A program made the position numbers and the translations under genes. The notes beneath the pieces are model-generated. The model had not been told where the DNA came from, ran no database searches, and saw only the letters and a program-made list of their open reading frames with translations. This document shows, in pieces, positions 50,163 to 63,330 of a stretch of DNA of 64,000 nt. Position 1 is the first letter of the stretch. Every line of letters starts with the position of its first letter. The DNA is from Utricularia gibba (Eukaryota; Plantae; Magnoliophyta): positions 868,001 through 932,000 of the forward strand of contig NEEC01000008.1 in NCBI GenBank assembly GCA_002189035.1. The letters are read 5' to 3'.

Positions 50163-52254
50163 ATGGCTTTGCCTCATCAAACTGCGGCGGCTGTGGCGGC
50201 AGCAGGGTCGATAGTGTCTTTCGAGTCTAAACCTAGAGCAGTGCCGTATTGCCGGAAGCAAAAGTCTCTCGGCCTGCTATGTTCCAAGTGAGTGAATTAT
50301 GGGAACTTTGCTTTCTTTGATTGGGGTAGGCGAGTGTGAATTTGGCATTACTGGGTTGATTTTTATTTTTTGTTGTTTTTGAAGTTTTTTGAGCTTATAC
50401 AATAAAGATGAGTTGAGACAATTGGACTTGACGATGCGGCTTGGAAGCTAGGTATGTATATGCGATTTTGTGTAAGCTTAGTGAAATGCCATTCCCCAAT
50501 TTTAATGTCTTTAGTTGTAGGGGTGGAGAGGAGACGTATCTACGACATTGTCAACGTTCTAGAGAGCGTTGGTGTAAGGGAGATCGAAAGATTGCAGTTT
50601 TCATTTTATGATATGGTTCTTTCTGTAATCAAATGCGAGCTGAAGTTTTGCATCCCTCTGTTTCCCAATTTTAAGGTTCTTGCAAGAAAGGCAAAAAACC
50701 GGTACACTTGGAAGGGATTTGGGGCAATTCCAAAGGCTTTAGAAGATTTGAAAGTAATCGTTTGTGTTTCTGCTTCCAGGCTCTTTCCAAAATTACAAGG
50801 GTTCTAATGGCATTCGTTTGAATTTGATCTCCTTGCAGAAAGAGGGATTGAAAGAGAGTAGTTTAGTACCTGATTCAAATTCCTATGATAAAGTACCTGC
50901 AAACTGTTCAAGCTTGAATTTATTCATCCCAAAACATGAAATGGTGTATTGCACGGACATATTGATGAATTTTTATGCAATCGATATCACCAGGTTTCAG
51001 ATGATGAAGATGATTTTTGTTCTGATATCAATTGCTCAAGCCAAAACGAAAAGGCTGAGTCCTCCTCTGTTAGTCTTAGTTCATTGCCATCAAAGTCTGG
51101 TAAATAACACCAAAATTCTTCTTGTGCAAATTTTCTCAATACGGTTTATTGGAATGGAGTTTTATTCCTTCTTCATGGATAGGAGAAAATAGAAAGGAAA
51201 AGTCTTTGGGCCTTCTGACTCAAAATTTTATCAAGCTGTTTCTCTGTACTGATGTGAGTTTGCATCTTGTTTTGTGCACCGTAACTTAATTTTGCTAATC
51301 TTTGTGTAAAAATGATGTATCTTTTACCTCCTCAGATGGACATGATCTCTCTTGATGATGCTGCAAGGCTTCTGCTTGGCAACGGGCAGCATACCTCAAT
51401 GACTACAAGAAGTAGTGATCCATCTCTTTAACCTTCCTGAATATTTTTTTACCGTTAGATCCTTCTCTAAGTCCCTCCAATGATTCCTGAATTCAGGCTC
51501 GCAAGCACTGGTTTTTAATTTAATTTTCTGTTTTGTTGCAGCGAAAGTAAGAAGACTGTATGATATTGCCAATGTGTTGTCTTCAATGAACTTCATAGAG
51601 AAGGTAATTTGTCATCTTGCATTCTTGCTAGATGCTCGTGACAAGATCCCAAAGTGAAGTTGCCCAATCAATTTGAACAAATGTAGACTCATCAAGCTGA
51701 GACGCGGAAACCTGCCTTCAGGTGGCTTGGTTTCAACTCCAACACTGCCAAGAATGTTTATTCCCATTCCTCAGGGCTAACCGTTTCCAAAAAGAGGGTG
51801 TTTGGAACTGACATTACTAATACCAGTGAAAAGATGCGCAAGTTGACTGGAGATGGTGCCCATTATCCAAGGCCCCAACAGGTTAAACATGAGGTTGATG
51901 CAAAAGCAACTTCAGCGAAGAGCTATGAATTTGGTCCTTTTGCCCCAGTGAACGTTTCCAAGATTGGATCTTCCAAGGAGGATGATCACCGCGATGTTGA
52001 TTGGGAAAGCATGGCTTCCAGGTATCGGCCTCAATATCAGAACCAAGGTAATTCTGCACACCTGATTTCATATGTAATCAACCAAAGTTTGGATGCTTAT
52101 CCCCGATTCTGTTACAACCTTCACAGCTTTAAAAGATCTCTTCTCACATTTCGTTGAAGCATGGAAATCATGGTACTCAGAAGCTGCTGGTAAGAATGCA
52201 ATGAGCACACAATTTCCTGATAAGTATGATTCAGTGACTCATATTCTTCAATAG
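50163..52254 (+). CDS. Atypical E2F transcription factor DEL/E2Fe-like with two DNA-binding domains; needs +1 nt near 50410-50412
   Basis: YCRKQKSLGLLCSNF, IGLDDAA..LGVERRRIYDIVNVLES; second domain RKEKSLGLLTQNFIKLF, KVRRLYDIANVLSS, RKPAFRWLG; C-terminal LKDLFSHFVEAWKSWY. Confidence 0.92.
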
Positions 52255-53806
52255 TTTTCTTCAAAATGTTTACAATTTGCTGGTTGTTTGGTGGGTTGTT
52301 AGCCATCTTTACGATTCTCAACTTAGCCTTTTGGTGATATTGTTTGCATTTTTTTCCAAGTAATTTTGTTGTCTTCTTAATATCCAAATTTAGGGGGGTT
52401 CAAATGGATTTGCAAAAAACATAAATGCATTAACAATGAAGAAATTAATAGATATCATTCTTCAGTAATGGTGCTATTTTGATGCATGTTGTAATATAGT
52501 GCTAAATGTTATGGTCTATTATATTCAACTCATCAAAATAAATTTATAAAATTTAGTTATTTTATTACACAATTCATATAAATTAATGTAATGTATCAAG
52601 TAAGCATTAAATCTATATGAAATGATTGTAATTTTTTAAAGTTTTTTTATATTTATTGAAAACATAGGTGTTTTTGATATGTTTAACTCTTATGTGTATG
52701 AGATATAAAATAATAGCAATTTAAATAAGTTACAAAGATGAAAAAACATATAAAAAAATGTAAATGGGCATAAAACATAAGGTGATTGTGATTTGGTTGG
52801 ATTTATATTAGAATCTAGTTTTTATTTCAATTAAAATTGTCAATACGTTTAAACTCAATTTTAACATACTTAAAAACAAATTAAATGGTTGCAGTAACAA
52901 TAAATGACATATTAAATTTAAAACTAAATACGAAGAACTTGAACATAAATTGATTCATAAGCTTGAATAATGTGTATAGAAGCTCTATTGTTCATAGCTA
53001 AGCATAAGGAACGTAAATGAAATTATGGAAAATTCAGAAAATAATAACAACAGCTTTAACAACATCAATGGGAGTACATAAAGTTGAAATAAAATGTCTA
53101 ACAAGTGCTTTAAGTTGTTGATGAATCTGGAGGTTTTGGGCAAAAACAAGATTTGGAGATGTAAATCTAAGGCTGGTCGGAGTGGTTCATCAAAGAACCA
53201 TTGTTCTCTTTTCCTCATGCTCCTTATTGTTCATTGTTTTCTCTCTCTTGCTTCTTCTATTATTTTTCCGCTCAAGTCAGGGTATTTTCGTTTTTTCCAT
53301 CAACTTCTAGAAAGAAAATCTCTACTACCATCTTATCTTTCTGGAAGGTAGTTGTTTTTGATAGAAAATAACTTTTTTATAGCTCTCTTATCTTTTTTTG
53401 ACTCATCAACACGTAAAATATCTTACCGATATTAGTTCCTACCCTATTAAGATAATGGTGTATCAGTTATTCAGGCATTTGTTGAGACATTGGGTGGTGA
53501 TTTCCTCATCATAAGCTTTAACACCATCTTGTGTGTGAATCATGGTGATATTCATGGATGAGTGCCCTCTTAGCGCCAAAGATGTTGTGTTCTTTGATTT
53601 AGAGCGATTAACTGGCCCCAACTATTAGCAATAAGTAATGAAACTAGTTAACTAACGATCAAGTCATCAACAAAAGTGAACTGTGGAAACAAAAGAAGGG
53701 AAAATAGGAGAGCCTCCGGACTCCACTCCACCGGCCTCGAGGCTCCGCTCGTGTTCGGCTTCCAAATACCAAGTTCCCCTACATTGGTGGCAAGGCATAC
53801 ACTTTA

Positions 53807-53937
53807 AGTGCGTGTTTGGTTAGTGGGTAACATCTAAATCTGAATTTAGTTTATTTGTATTTAGATAAATGAATTTTTTGATTTAGAATATTATTTATGT
53901 TTAATTGATGAGTTTAATAAGATTACAAACGTACACT
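53807..53937. mobile_element. Possible short Tourist-like MITE
   Basis: TTA|AGTGCGTGTTTG ... CAAACGTACACT|TTA: imperfect 12-bp TIR (9/12) and a TTA duplication. Confidence 0.35.
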
Positions 53938-54859
53938 TTAAGTCCAAGAGGTAAAATCTACATCAATCAGCCTCATCTCTCTTTTTTTTTTTTTTTTTTT
54001 TTCTAATAGTAGATTTGATGAGCAACTAATTCAATATTAATTAGGTTGAAATTAATAATAAGATGCGTCCTACTAGCGTGTATGCTAATTTTTTTTAATT
54101 TTCTAATTTTTTATTATTTAATTAATTATTGCAAGTTAAATTGATTATTTTTTATCGTATTTAGATTTGTTTTTGAATTAGAGTTATTGTTGGATTACAT
54201 CATAATTGAATTTTTATTATTTAAATTTAATTCATTTTCTTTTTGATCTTAGTGAATTGATATAATTTTCACTACATATTTTCAAGGTATTTCTTTATTT
54301 TATTTTTTTGTTTTTTAATCAACATTAAGATCAAATATATGAAATTTATTTTGATTATTTAAATTATATTATAGGATAAATGCTTTGATATCATATTTGA
54401 AAATTTTAATTTCAATTTATTATTATTGATTTATAATTTTTTTTATATTCGAATGTATTATTTTAATTTTCGTGTGATATATTGGATATGCTCTATAATT
54501 TTAAGTTATGGTTCAAACTTCAAATTATATATAACAGAATTAGTTTTGATATTTTATGAATAGAAACACTTTTTTATTATACAATTATTTGATGGGATAA
54601 TATAAAATTATATTTTAAAATTAATAAAATTAAATATGATTTTTAATTTCTAGTCTTTTGACATTCAACTTTCAAAAATTTATTGAAATCATTTATTAAA
54701 ATTTGATTAAATGAAAAAATAAATTTGAAAATTAGAATTATTTAAATTTATTATAAAGTTCATTTTTATTCAATTATAATATATATTTTTAAAATATGTT
54801 TTCAACTTGGACATTTACGTCTCCATCTCAGGATTAAGACAGCCTATGTCTTGAAACTA

Positions 54860-54940
54860 TAAAAAAAGTTGACATCAAAACCATAGAATATTAAAATAGG
54901 TAGTCAATTTTTCAAGGTCCATAGCGGCAATGACGTCATC
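54860..54940. promoter_or_regulatory. W-box and TGACGTCA (as-1/TGA-type) motifs upstream of CBP60
   Basis: TTGAC near 54869, GTCAA at 54903-54907, TGACGTCA at 54931-54938. Confidence 0.4.
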
Positions 54941-55657
54941 ATGCATGCGCAAAATGTAAGATTCGGAAAATAGTAATTAATAAATGCCGAAAATAGTAAA
55001 TCAGGGTTTTTTATTACATTTTCTTCTGCAAGGTAAGGATTAAGGAAATGGAATCCAAATTTTGTACGAACGAAGCACACCATCGTCCCGAGAGTCCCCA
55101 CACGGTTTGAATGGTATCATTTTGAGGCGAGTGGTCGTGATGATGAAGCCATTTCACTTCCGAGGGGTGGGATTTTCTGGCTTATAGTTATGGCTACGGT
55201 GGACTCCCCAACAGTAGCGGTCTGTAGTTTGGAAACCCTGATCAGCGCCCGTGTTTAGAGGTGTGGTGGATGTGTAGTCGTGAAATTCGATGCATCGCTT
55301 CTGCTACACCTACTTGTAGGCGCTTTTAGTGGTGGTTTATAGCTTTCATCTTTGATTAACTTTGTGTTACCCGACTTCTGGTATTCGTCTTACTGAAGAA
55401 AGCCCGGTATTTTGTAATCATTCCTTTGAGACCACTTGGCTGTTTCTAGCAGTAAATCGCTGGCTTCGTTGTGTGATGGTTATCTTGAATTTGGTGGAAA
55501 ATCAGGAGAACCGCATGTTGGTTTTACCACTTTGCCCAGATACAGTTCTGCATATGGTTTATTTATCTTGTCGGCTTTAGTGGCAAGGTTGCTTAATAGG
55601 AACAGCAGTGAAAGCTGAGAGTTGTTGCTTGGTTTTTTTGTGGGGTGTTTTGGGAGA

Positions 55658-58501
55658 ATGTCTCCGAAGCGGCCGCGGAAAGAGGAGGGTAATTCCTGTG
55701 ATGATGACCGTATGAAGAAACCACCTTCCTTCAAAAGGTTGTGTATTTAGTCATTTTGGGGGCGGTTCTTCCTGTTTTTCTTGATTTAGGTTTGGATTTT
55801 AGATAGGAATTAGGATCCAACAGATGTTTTCAATAATAATACTAGCTTGGAGATGTAACAATTAGCAGCTATTGTTAGGTTGAATCTAAAGAAAGGATAT
55901 GGCGGTGAATCTGTGGCTTACTTTCCCGGCTTCTGTTAAACAACCGATGAATTTTCTTGAATCCAGACGCATAAGGATTTGAATGCAGTGTCAAAGTTGA
56001 CCGATATAATGTACTGATCTTTGCTTTTTTCCATTTTTTTGCTAACGCCATAGGGTTGAGCATGCTTGTGTTGCGGGTTTGACACACTTTATGCTGATAG
56101 TTTTTTTCCTCACGTATTGTCAGTGTGGTTTTGGAGGTGATGAACTTTCACAGATTACAGAACTTTTTGGTGTCAGATCTTGAGCCGCTGATTCGCCGTG
56201 TTGTAAGTTTTTTCTCATCATCTTACTATCAGAAGTGTTGCTTTTCCATGAAAAACATCGGCCTGTTTTAGAAGCTTCTTAACATTTAGATTACATGCTC
56301 TCCTCGTAACACATTCAAAGAATTCATCTTCACACACTGTCTTTATCAGTATTTTCGATTACTAGGTAATCAGGTTCTCCTTTCATTGCAAAATTAGAGG
56401 TCTTTTCTGATACCTGGGCTTAAGGTCCATCGGTGCTAGTTTCTGGAGGTCTTTCATGCAGAGTAGACATAGGTAATGTATGGTATGGGTTCCAACCTTG
56501 GTTATTTGGCTCATTTCAAAGTGTAAAATACAGAAGGATAATTAAGGATAAAAGGGGCTGGTTCAGTTATATCAGCTCCTGTCCTTATTTTGGTCTTTTC
56601 TAAAGTTTTTCAAAAAAAAAATAAAAATAAAAAATAAACAGGAGTGTGTATTTTGGGCTTCTGCTTATACACATACTTGTAAACCGGACACCAAAGAGCA
56701 CGAATAATATAGTCATCTTGCTCAAGTGAATCCATATCTCTGCTAACCACAGGTGAAGGAGGAAGTGCACTCTGCTATTGAAAAATATGTAACCTCTATA
56801 ACACGGTAGGAGTTTTGCATTTCAGATTACACTGTTTTGAAAGTATGTTATTTATCAGAATCTTTCAGGACTTCTGTTAAGGAGATGCAACCTTCAGAAT
56901 CAAGGAGCATGGTGCTACAATTTTCAAACTCCATCTCTCTCCCAGTGTTCACTGGAACTCGTATTGATGGAGAAGGGTGCTGCAATATTGAAGTTGCTTT
57001 GGTTGATTCCAATAGCAGAGCGGTGATTTCACATGGTCTCAACTCTTTTGCAAAGGTGGAAATTGTTGTTCTTGAAGGAGATTTTGATGGTGATGATAGA
57101 GGCGATTGGAGTCATGAAGAGTTCAAGGCAAATGTGGTGAGAGAGCGGCAAGGAAAGAAGCCCTTTTGACTGGCGATGTCATTATAACACTCAGAGATGG
57201 TAAGGGATCCATTGCCGATATTATCTTCACAGACAATTCAAGTTGGACAAGAAGCCGGAAGTTTCGCCTCGGAGCAAGACTTATCGACGATACAGGGGAA
57301 CTTAGAGTAAGAGAAGCCATATCTGAGCCTTTTGTTGTTCGAGATCATCGCGGAGAATGTACGTTCTTATTTCCTATCTTTCTGATGCTGCCTGTGTCCA
57401 GTGATGAGATTGTATCAATATGGTTGTTGCCTTTTTGGTAGTGTACAAGAAGCACTACCCTCCATCTCTTGGCGATGAAGTATGGCGACTTGAAAAAATA
57501 GGCAAAGGTGGAGCTTTCCACAGACGTCTGAAGAAGGAAGGAATCAACACGGTGCAAGAATTTCTGATTCAGCTCTGCTTTTCTCCCACAGAGCTACGGA
57601 ATGTACGCCGCTGTTCGTCTAGTTTTTGCCGTATCCTTTTTCATAATACTCAGTTTGGTGTTGTGAATGATGCAGATTCTCGGCACAGGCATGTCCACCA
57701 AAATGTGGGAAATCACAGTCGACCATGCTCGTACGTGTGTTCTTGACAAAAAACTGTTCCTTTACAGCACATGTGAAGGGAACAGTGTTGTTTTCAATGT
57801 CGTGGGACAAGCAACGGGGCTTCATTCGAATGGGGTATATACACCTGCTGATGGATTCTCTGAATCACAAAAGGCAAGAGAGTTTCATGGCTTCCATTTG
57901 GATCTACATTATCTGATATTCACCTTGTGCTGCGTGTAACTCTCAGGCCACAGCCCGCCAGATGGCTATGGAGGCATTTTCGGATCGTGCAAAGATCATC
58001 ACCATTGATGACGAATCATCCCTCGAAGCGTTGACGCCTGCAGGAACGCCTGCGTCGGATTCGTCTTCAACTTTACCCGCCGGAAGCAGCTACCATCACT
58101 CTTTAGTCTCGCAAACCATCAGCCAGCTAGAGCAAAGAGTCTCTTCCTCCCTGGACTACCTCAGCCCTCTAGTTTCAATCGGGGGCGTCGACACACTCGA
58201 TGACTGCTTCCATCCCCTGAATCGAGCTCTCGATCAGCATCTGAGCTATCAATCTGGAGTAGAGTTTCTGTCCATGAGCAGCGAGTTCTGTGGAAACGAT
58301 GAACTGTATTTGGACACTGATGGCTTGCTCCCAGGTTCGGAAATCGAACTCTCTGACGATCTACGCTCAATGGATGCCGTTTTGCCTCGGCCCAGTGGAT
58401 GGAGCGTCATACTGAGCGTGCTCAGATGGTGCTACCTGATGAAACGCACCAGAACCCGGAAAGGGCGTGCCCAGGAAAGACCAAGATACGTATGGCACTG
58501 A
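55658..58501 (+). CDS. CBP60A: Calmodulin-binding protein 60, CBP60a-like; needs +1 nt in a C3 run at 57161-57163
   Basis: SVVLEVM...LEPLIRRV|[56 protein letters not shown]|[39 protein letters not shown]; the C-terminal W...SVLRW helix is typical of the a-clade. Confidence 0.92.
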
Positions 58502-58760
58502 GTTGCTGCTCTCTTGTAAACTAGTACAGCTTGTTGTCCGTGTGAAATAAGACGCTACAAATGTGTGCAGTGAAGATTTACGTGAGCTCCAGTTTTCTTC
58601 TGCGAGCAACCCCTTGTAGAACCTTTAAGTTTTCTTCGATCAATAGCTTATCTTGAACCAACAAATGCGGTAAGATTTTGACGTTAAGGTCACGCTTTGT
58701 ACGTGAGTTTGAGGGTAATCCAAATTTAATTTAATGTATATAATTTATCTAGATTATAGG

Positions 58761-59236
58761 TAGAGTTGGGCATGAATATGAGTTGATCTGAATATCTGAC
58801 AGGTTGACCTATGATGGGTTTGACCTGTTATCCGTAACTGCCAAAAACAGGTACAAGGTGGGTTGGAGATGCACGATTGTGGGTCAACTTGGCGAGTCAT
58901 TGAGTTTCGATTAATGAAATGTCTTTTCCAAGCACCGCAAATGTATAATTATAGTGTTTAGACATCAAAAGACTTCAATACTTTTTTTTAGATAATGTAA
59001 ATGTGCTAATGTTTAGAAATCAAAATAATTCAATATCTTTTCCAAACATTTTAAACGTGCAATTACAATATTTGGATATTAAATAAATTCAATTAACTCA
59101 GTTCCAAGTTAACTTGTGACTCGGGACTAATCTGACTTTATGATCCATCAACCCATACCCGCTGAGTTACGAAATTAACTTCCAACACGATGGGTTCAAC
59201 CTATAACTTGTCGAGTCGGACTCGTGCCCATCTTTA
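58761..59236. mobile_element. hAT-type non-autonomous element (MITE)
   Basis: TIRs TAGAGTTGGGCATGA / TAAAGATGGGCACGA (12/15) and an 8-bp TSD ATTATAGG / GTTATAGG. Confidence 0.8.
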
Positions 59237-59356
59237 GTTATAGGTGAATGGTGGTACAAAGGATAAAAATTAAGAATTTAATTGTTAAGGATGAATATAG
59301 TAGTCTGAGGTGGAGCCGATTCTTAGATTATAGGTGCAATCGAAAATATCGCACCT

Positions 59357-60001
59357 TGTTATGCTTTCTTGCGATGTGTTCGATTTGATCAACAGAAATA
59401 AGGGTAGGCGGAGATTTTTACGTGGAAACCGCCGTAAAACGGAAAAAACCACGGAGCTATCAGAGCTCGTTGGAGAAAGTCTTTATTAGACGGAGGTGGT
59501 GAAGAAAGATACAGGTTGGAAGGCTTAGGGTCAAACCCTTTCTCCGTTATCATTTCTTCTATTTATAGAAGAAGCCGATCTGATCGAGTCCTGAATCCTG
59601 TAGATGTCGGTTGCATTATGTGCCTGCTATATCATCTCGCTTTTCAGATATCGGCCGTCTGCTCTGCCATAACTTGGCTGCTTTTCAAACTGTGCCATAC
59701 GGCCACCGTTGTCAGATTTTTGACACATATCGGGATGTTGGCTGGCGTTGTTCCATCAGGGCTCCTTTTGGCAACCTTTCAGAAACCAATTATCCTTATC
59801 CGAGTTATACACCATCATTCAGAATTATTACTATACCAATTTCTTGCATGCCGCTTTTCATGGGTGAGTCTCAAGCCGATTCAGACCGATTTCCTTGCCA
59901 CATGTCACCTCTTGGGCGCACCACCACATTTTTTCCCGCTCATTTTGGGCATCCCAAACGACGCGCCGTTTCGTCTCCCGAATATCTCTCCTATTAATAC
60001 G
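59357..60001 (-). repeat. Putative 3' LTR of the Tat-type element
   Basis: Left end TGTT (AACA on the minus strand), the CCGTGGTTTTTT...GGTTTCCACGTAAAA U5-type motif and TATAAATA near 59560-59567. The right boundary is inferred from the PPT. Confidence 0.6.
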
Positions 60002-60263
60002 TGCTCCCCTCTTCATTTTCCCCCTTTGCTCCTTCTTTCCGCTTGCGAGACTTCAGCGCCTCTTGCATTCCGTCGTGCTCTGCCACACCTCGTCGCCGTG
60101 ATTTCTGCCGGCAATTTCGAATCTCTCAGGTACCTGCCGGTTCTTTGCTTTCCCACTCAGTTTCTTGAGGTTTCTTCCGGGCTTCTTTCTCTTCTCTGGT
60201 CTTCTCCCCTCGCCTGATGTTCATATATTTCTTAAATCAGACCTCTCCCTCTCCTTTTGAAAA

Positions 60264-62573
60264 ATGGTTAGGAGATCCAGTGAGTTGGACATCCCTTCTC
60301 TTCGCGTCCGGTACTCGATTCCCGAGGAGTACTTAGTTTCTCACGCTCAAGACACCAAAATCCCTTGGGGGATTTGTGTGAATCCCCTTTCTCCTTTCAG
60401 CTTGCCGATTCCCCTTGCCTATTTTGAAAGCAGTTTACGATTTCCGCTTCATCCTCTGATAGTTCGCTTCCTTCATACCTTCGCTGTACCGCTTTACTAC
60501 CTTGCCCCGAATTCTATCTTCTATTTCGCTACCTTTTTAGTCTACTCGGCTGGTAAGGATTCAATTATGTCCTTAGTAGATTTTCTTCACCTTTTTAAAA
60601 TTGTTGTTCAAAAGGAGAAATCCCTCATGGAGGGCCGGTCTCACTTCCAGTTCTGCCGATTTGAGGATAATCCTCATTTCATTGTGAAAGCCCCCGATAC
60701 TCACAATGATTAGTGGTCTTCTTTTCTCTGGGTGACACCCCCTTCGGGTTTTCGGTGGAACTTCCCGGTTAATCCCCCAACTCCCTTTAGAGTGAAGCTT
60801 TCTAAAGCATATCGGTCCTCACCTGAATCTTGCGAAGCCTTATACAAGAGGCTAAGTCGAGGTTCCTTTCGGTTCAAAACTTGTTCCTTGATGTTTTCAG
60901 GGGAGTCTCTAAGAAGGTCGGGTCTTATCGGTCGTTGTCGCGATCCCCATTGGCCCAATATTTGTACCCTCTGAAAGTACCGATTTACAAACTCTGCCCC
61001 CTCCTTCTCCCCCGAATCTTCTCTCCGTTCCTGTCTCGGCTCCGATTCCCCAATCTACTCAACCTGCAGCCCCCAAGAAAAAGAAAAGGGTTAAGGCGCT
61101 TGTCCATAAACCCTCGAAAAAGCAAAGAGGTAGTTGGACTCTATTTTCCCGAATTTCAAACTCGACATGGGGTCTTATGTTTTTTCCGCTCTTTGTTTGT
61201 AGCTGAAGATATGGCTCGAAGGAGTGTCTTGGAAGACTCGGTGATGGCCCGCTTTTCTGCGGAGATGTAGAGGATGCAGGAATCGGAAGCAGCTCCTCCT
61301 GTACAGGTTCATCGGATATTTATCGGCTGCTATAGGTTTTCGATTATGACTTCTTTCAATTCTTCTTCCAGGTTAGTTCACCTGAAGTCCAACCAAATGC
61401 CGGTGATCCCCTTGTAGAGGAGGATCGTATAGAGGTCTCGAAGACTCGGGATCTGACTTCTCCTCCTCCAGTCGGAAAGGGAAAAGAAAAGGTACCACCT
61501 TCGCCCGACCTTAACAAAGTCCCGGCTATTGGCACAGGGCTCCTTTCGGCGGGCGCTTCCACATCGGCTCCCCCGAATGAGGCACAAGGGAGCCCCGCTC
61601 TGATAGAGGTAGAAGACGATCCAACTCTTCCCCCATCTTTGGTTCCTGTCGAGTTAAAGAGAATGCTAGATGATGCTGTGCCAAGTCTTCAGGACGTTTA
61701 GCCGGAAGTTATACTAAAAGGGATTTGGCAGGTATTAGTCCTCTTCCTCCTTAGTGCCATTCATGACCGATTCTTAACTTAATAGTCTTTATCCAGGCCT
61801 TGACTTTCGGATGTGGAATGGTCAAGAAGGTTGGCTCCCAACCTGAGGAAGTTCTTCGCCTCCAAAGACATGTTGAGGCCCAGGATGTCAAGATAAAACT
61901 GATGACAGAGGAAGGAAGTTCGCTGAGGAGCATTCTCGGAAAGCACGATCGCCAAGGGGAGGAGCTGCAGAATATAGTTGAAGAGATGGAAAAAGTGGTT
62001 GACGACGCCAAATCGGAAAGAGAGGGCTTTCAAGTAAAGTTCGAGGAGATGGAAACAGAGTTAAACGAGGCCAAAGATCGCGTCGCGGCTCTAGAGGCCG
62101 AGTTATTAAATCACGAAGCATCTCGGTGGGAGCTTCTAGAGAACTTTGTCAGTTCAGCGTGCTTTTCGGAGCTATTCGATATTTATGCGGGAGATCTAAT
62201 CGGCTTGCTTCTCTACCGGCAAAGGCACCAAATGAGCTGAGAGTTCGGGTTGGCTATCACGGATCCGCATTTCAAAAGGGTTGATCCCTTGAGGAAAGAC
62301 GAGAGCATGTTGGATGTTATTGCGGATGTGTATCCGGCCCCTGAATTCGGATTCGAAGTAGATCAGGAGTGGATGATAGCACTCGTCCGAGCAAGGATCG
62401 AGCGAGAGAACGAGGCCAAGCTGAGAGCGAGGTTAGAGGGGCATGTCGGCCCCTCTGTTGGTCCTCCTACTAATCCCTACCTCCCCCTTAACATTAGTTG
62501 CCCTTTCTTTCCCTGTATCAATGTTCTTGTTCCCGATTTGGGGTTTTCATATATTTGGAGATCCCGGTTTTAG
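60264..62573 (+). pseudogene. Antisense extra ORF of the Tat/Retand element (Transposase_28-like N-terminus plus coiled coil), interrupted
   Basis: LRVRYSIPEE...YFESSLRFPLHPLIVRFL...LAPNS...F.W; in-frame stop at 60711; EK-rich coiled coil 61800-62240. Confidence 0.65.
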
Positions 62574-62759
62574 GATTCTTCCCTCAAGTTGTCTTCAATG
62601 ATTTTAGGATTCTATTGTTTTTGCCTTCAATGATTTTTCCGGTTTACGAGTTGTCTGATTTGCCAGTCGCCTGGTTGGGCTTTTTGTTCGAATATCTCCT
62701 CTTACTTGTGCGGTTGTCACTTAGTGCTTAACCTTGTTATAGGGGCTTGGATTTTAGAG

Positions 62760-63330
62760 GTCATCTATTTCGGGGGAGCCCCGAGCCAACTTGTTGTGCC
62801 CGTCGTAGGGCTTAGATCTAGGGGTTTGTGCGGACTCACAAGACTCAGATGTTGTGTGTCCCTTGCCAGCCATTTGGTTGGGATTTTCGGTCTTTATTTG
62901 CCTTAGTCTTTTCTTATGCGAGTTGAACCGCTGCTAGGGAAGTAGATCAGAACTTCTCTTGGGTTGAACAACTTCCCCAATCCGTATGGGCCCTCTTCTG
63001 ACCGAGATCCCCTTGTTTTAAACATGGGCGGATTTGCTTTGAGTGCTCTTGCCATCTCGAGATTCGGCAATAAGGTTTGAACCTAAGGGCTTTTTCGGGG
63101 CTTACGCAGACGGTTGCAGGAATCGGCACCCCGAGTTGTACCAAGGCTTACCCTTACCACTAGGGCCTGGGTTTGACGGAAGGTATAATTTGGGGGGAGC
63201 CCCGAGTTGGTTTGCTATGTCCATCCGGGGGCGCAGACTTAGAAGTTTTGTCTGGGCTTACATGACCTGGCCAGGGCTTACGAGTTAGGCTTAGAGGGTT
63301 TTGCCTGGGCTTATGTGACTTGGCCATGAC
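62760..63330. repeat. Imperfect internal tandem/direct repeats in the Tat 3' spacer
   Basis: ATTTCGGGGGAGCCCCGAG (~62767) / ATTTGGGGGGAGCCCCGAG (~63188); CTTAGAAGTTTTGTCTGGGCTTACATGACCTGGCCA / CTTAGAGGGTTTTGCCTGGGCTTATGTGACTTGGCCA. Confidence 0.6.

Noticed and set aside
59516-60217. 233-aa hydrophobic ORF
   Set aside because: Lies within the Tat LTR/PPT region, starts at TTG and has no protein motif.
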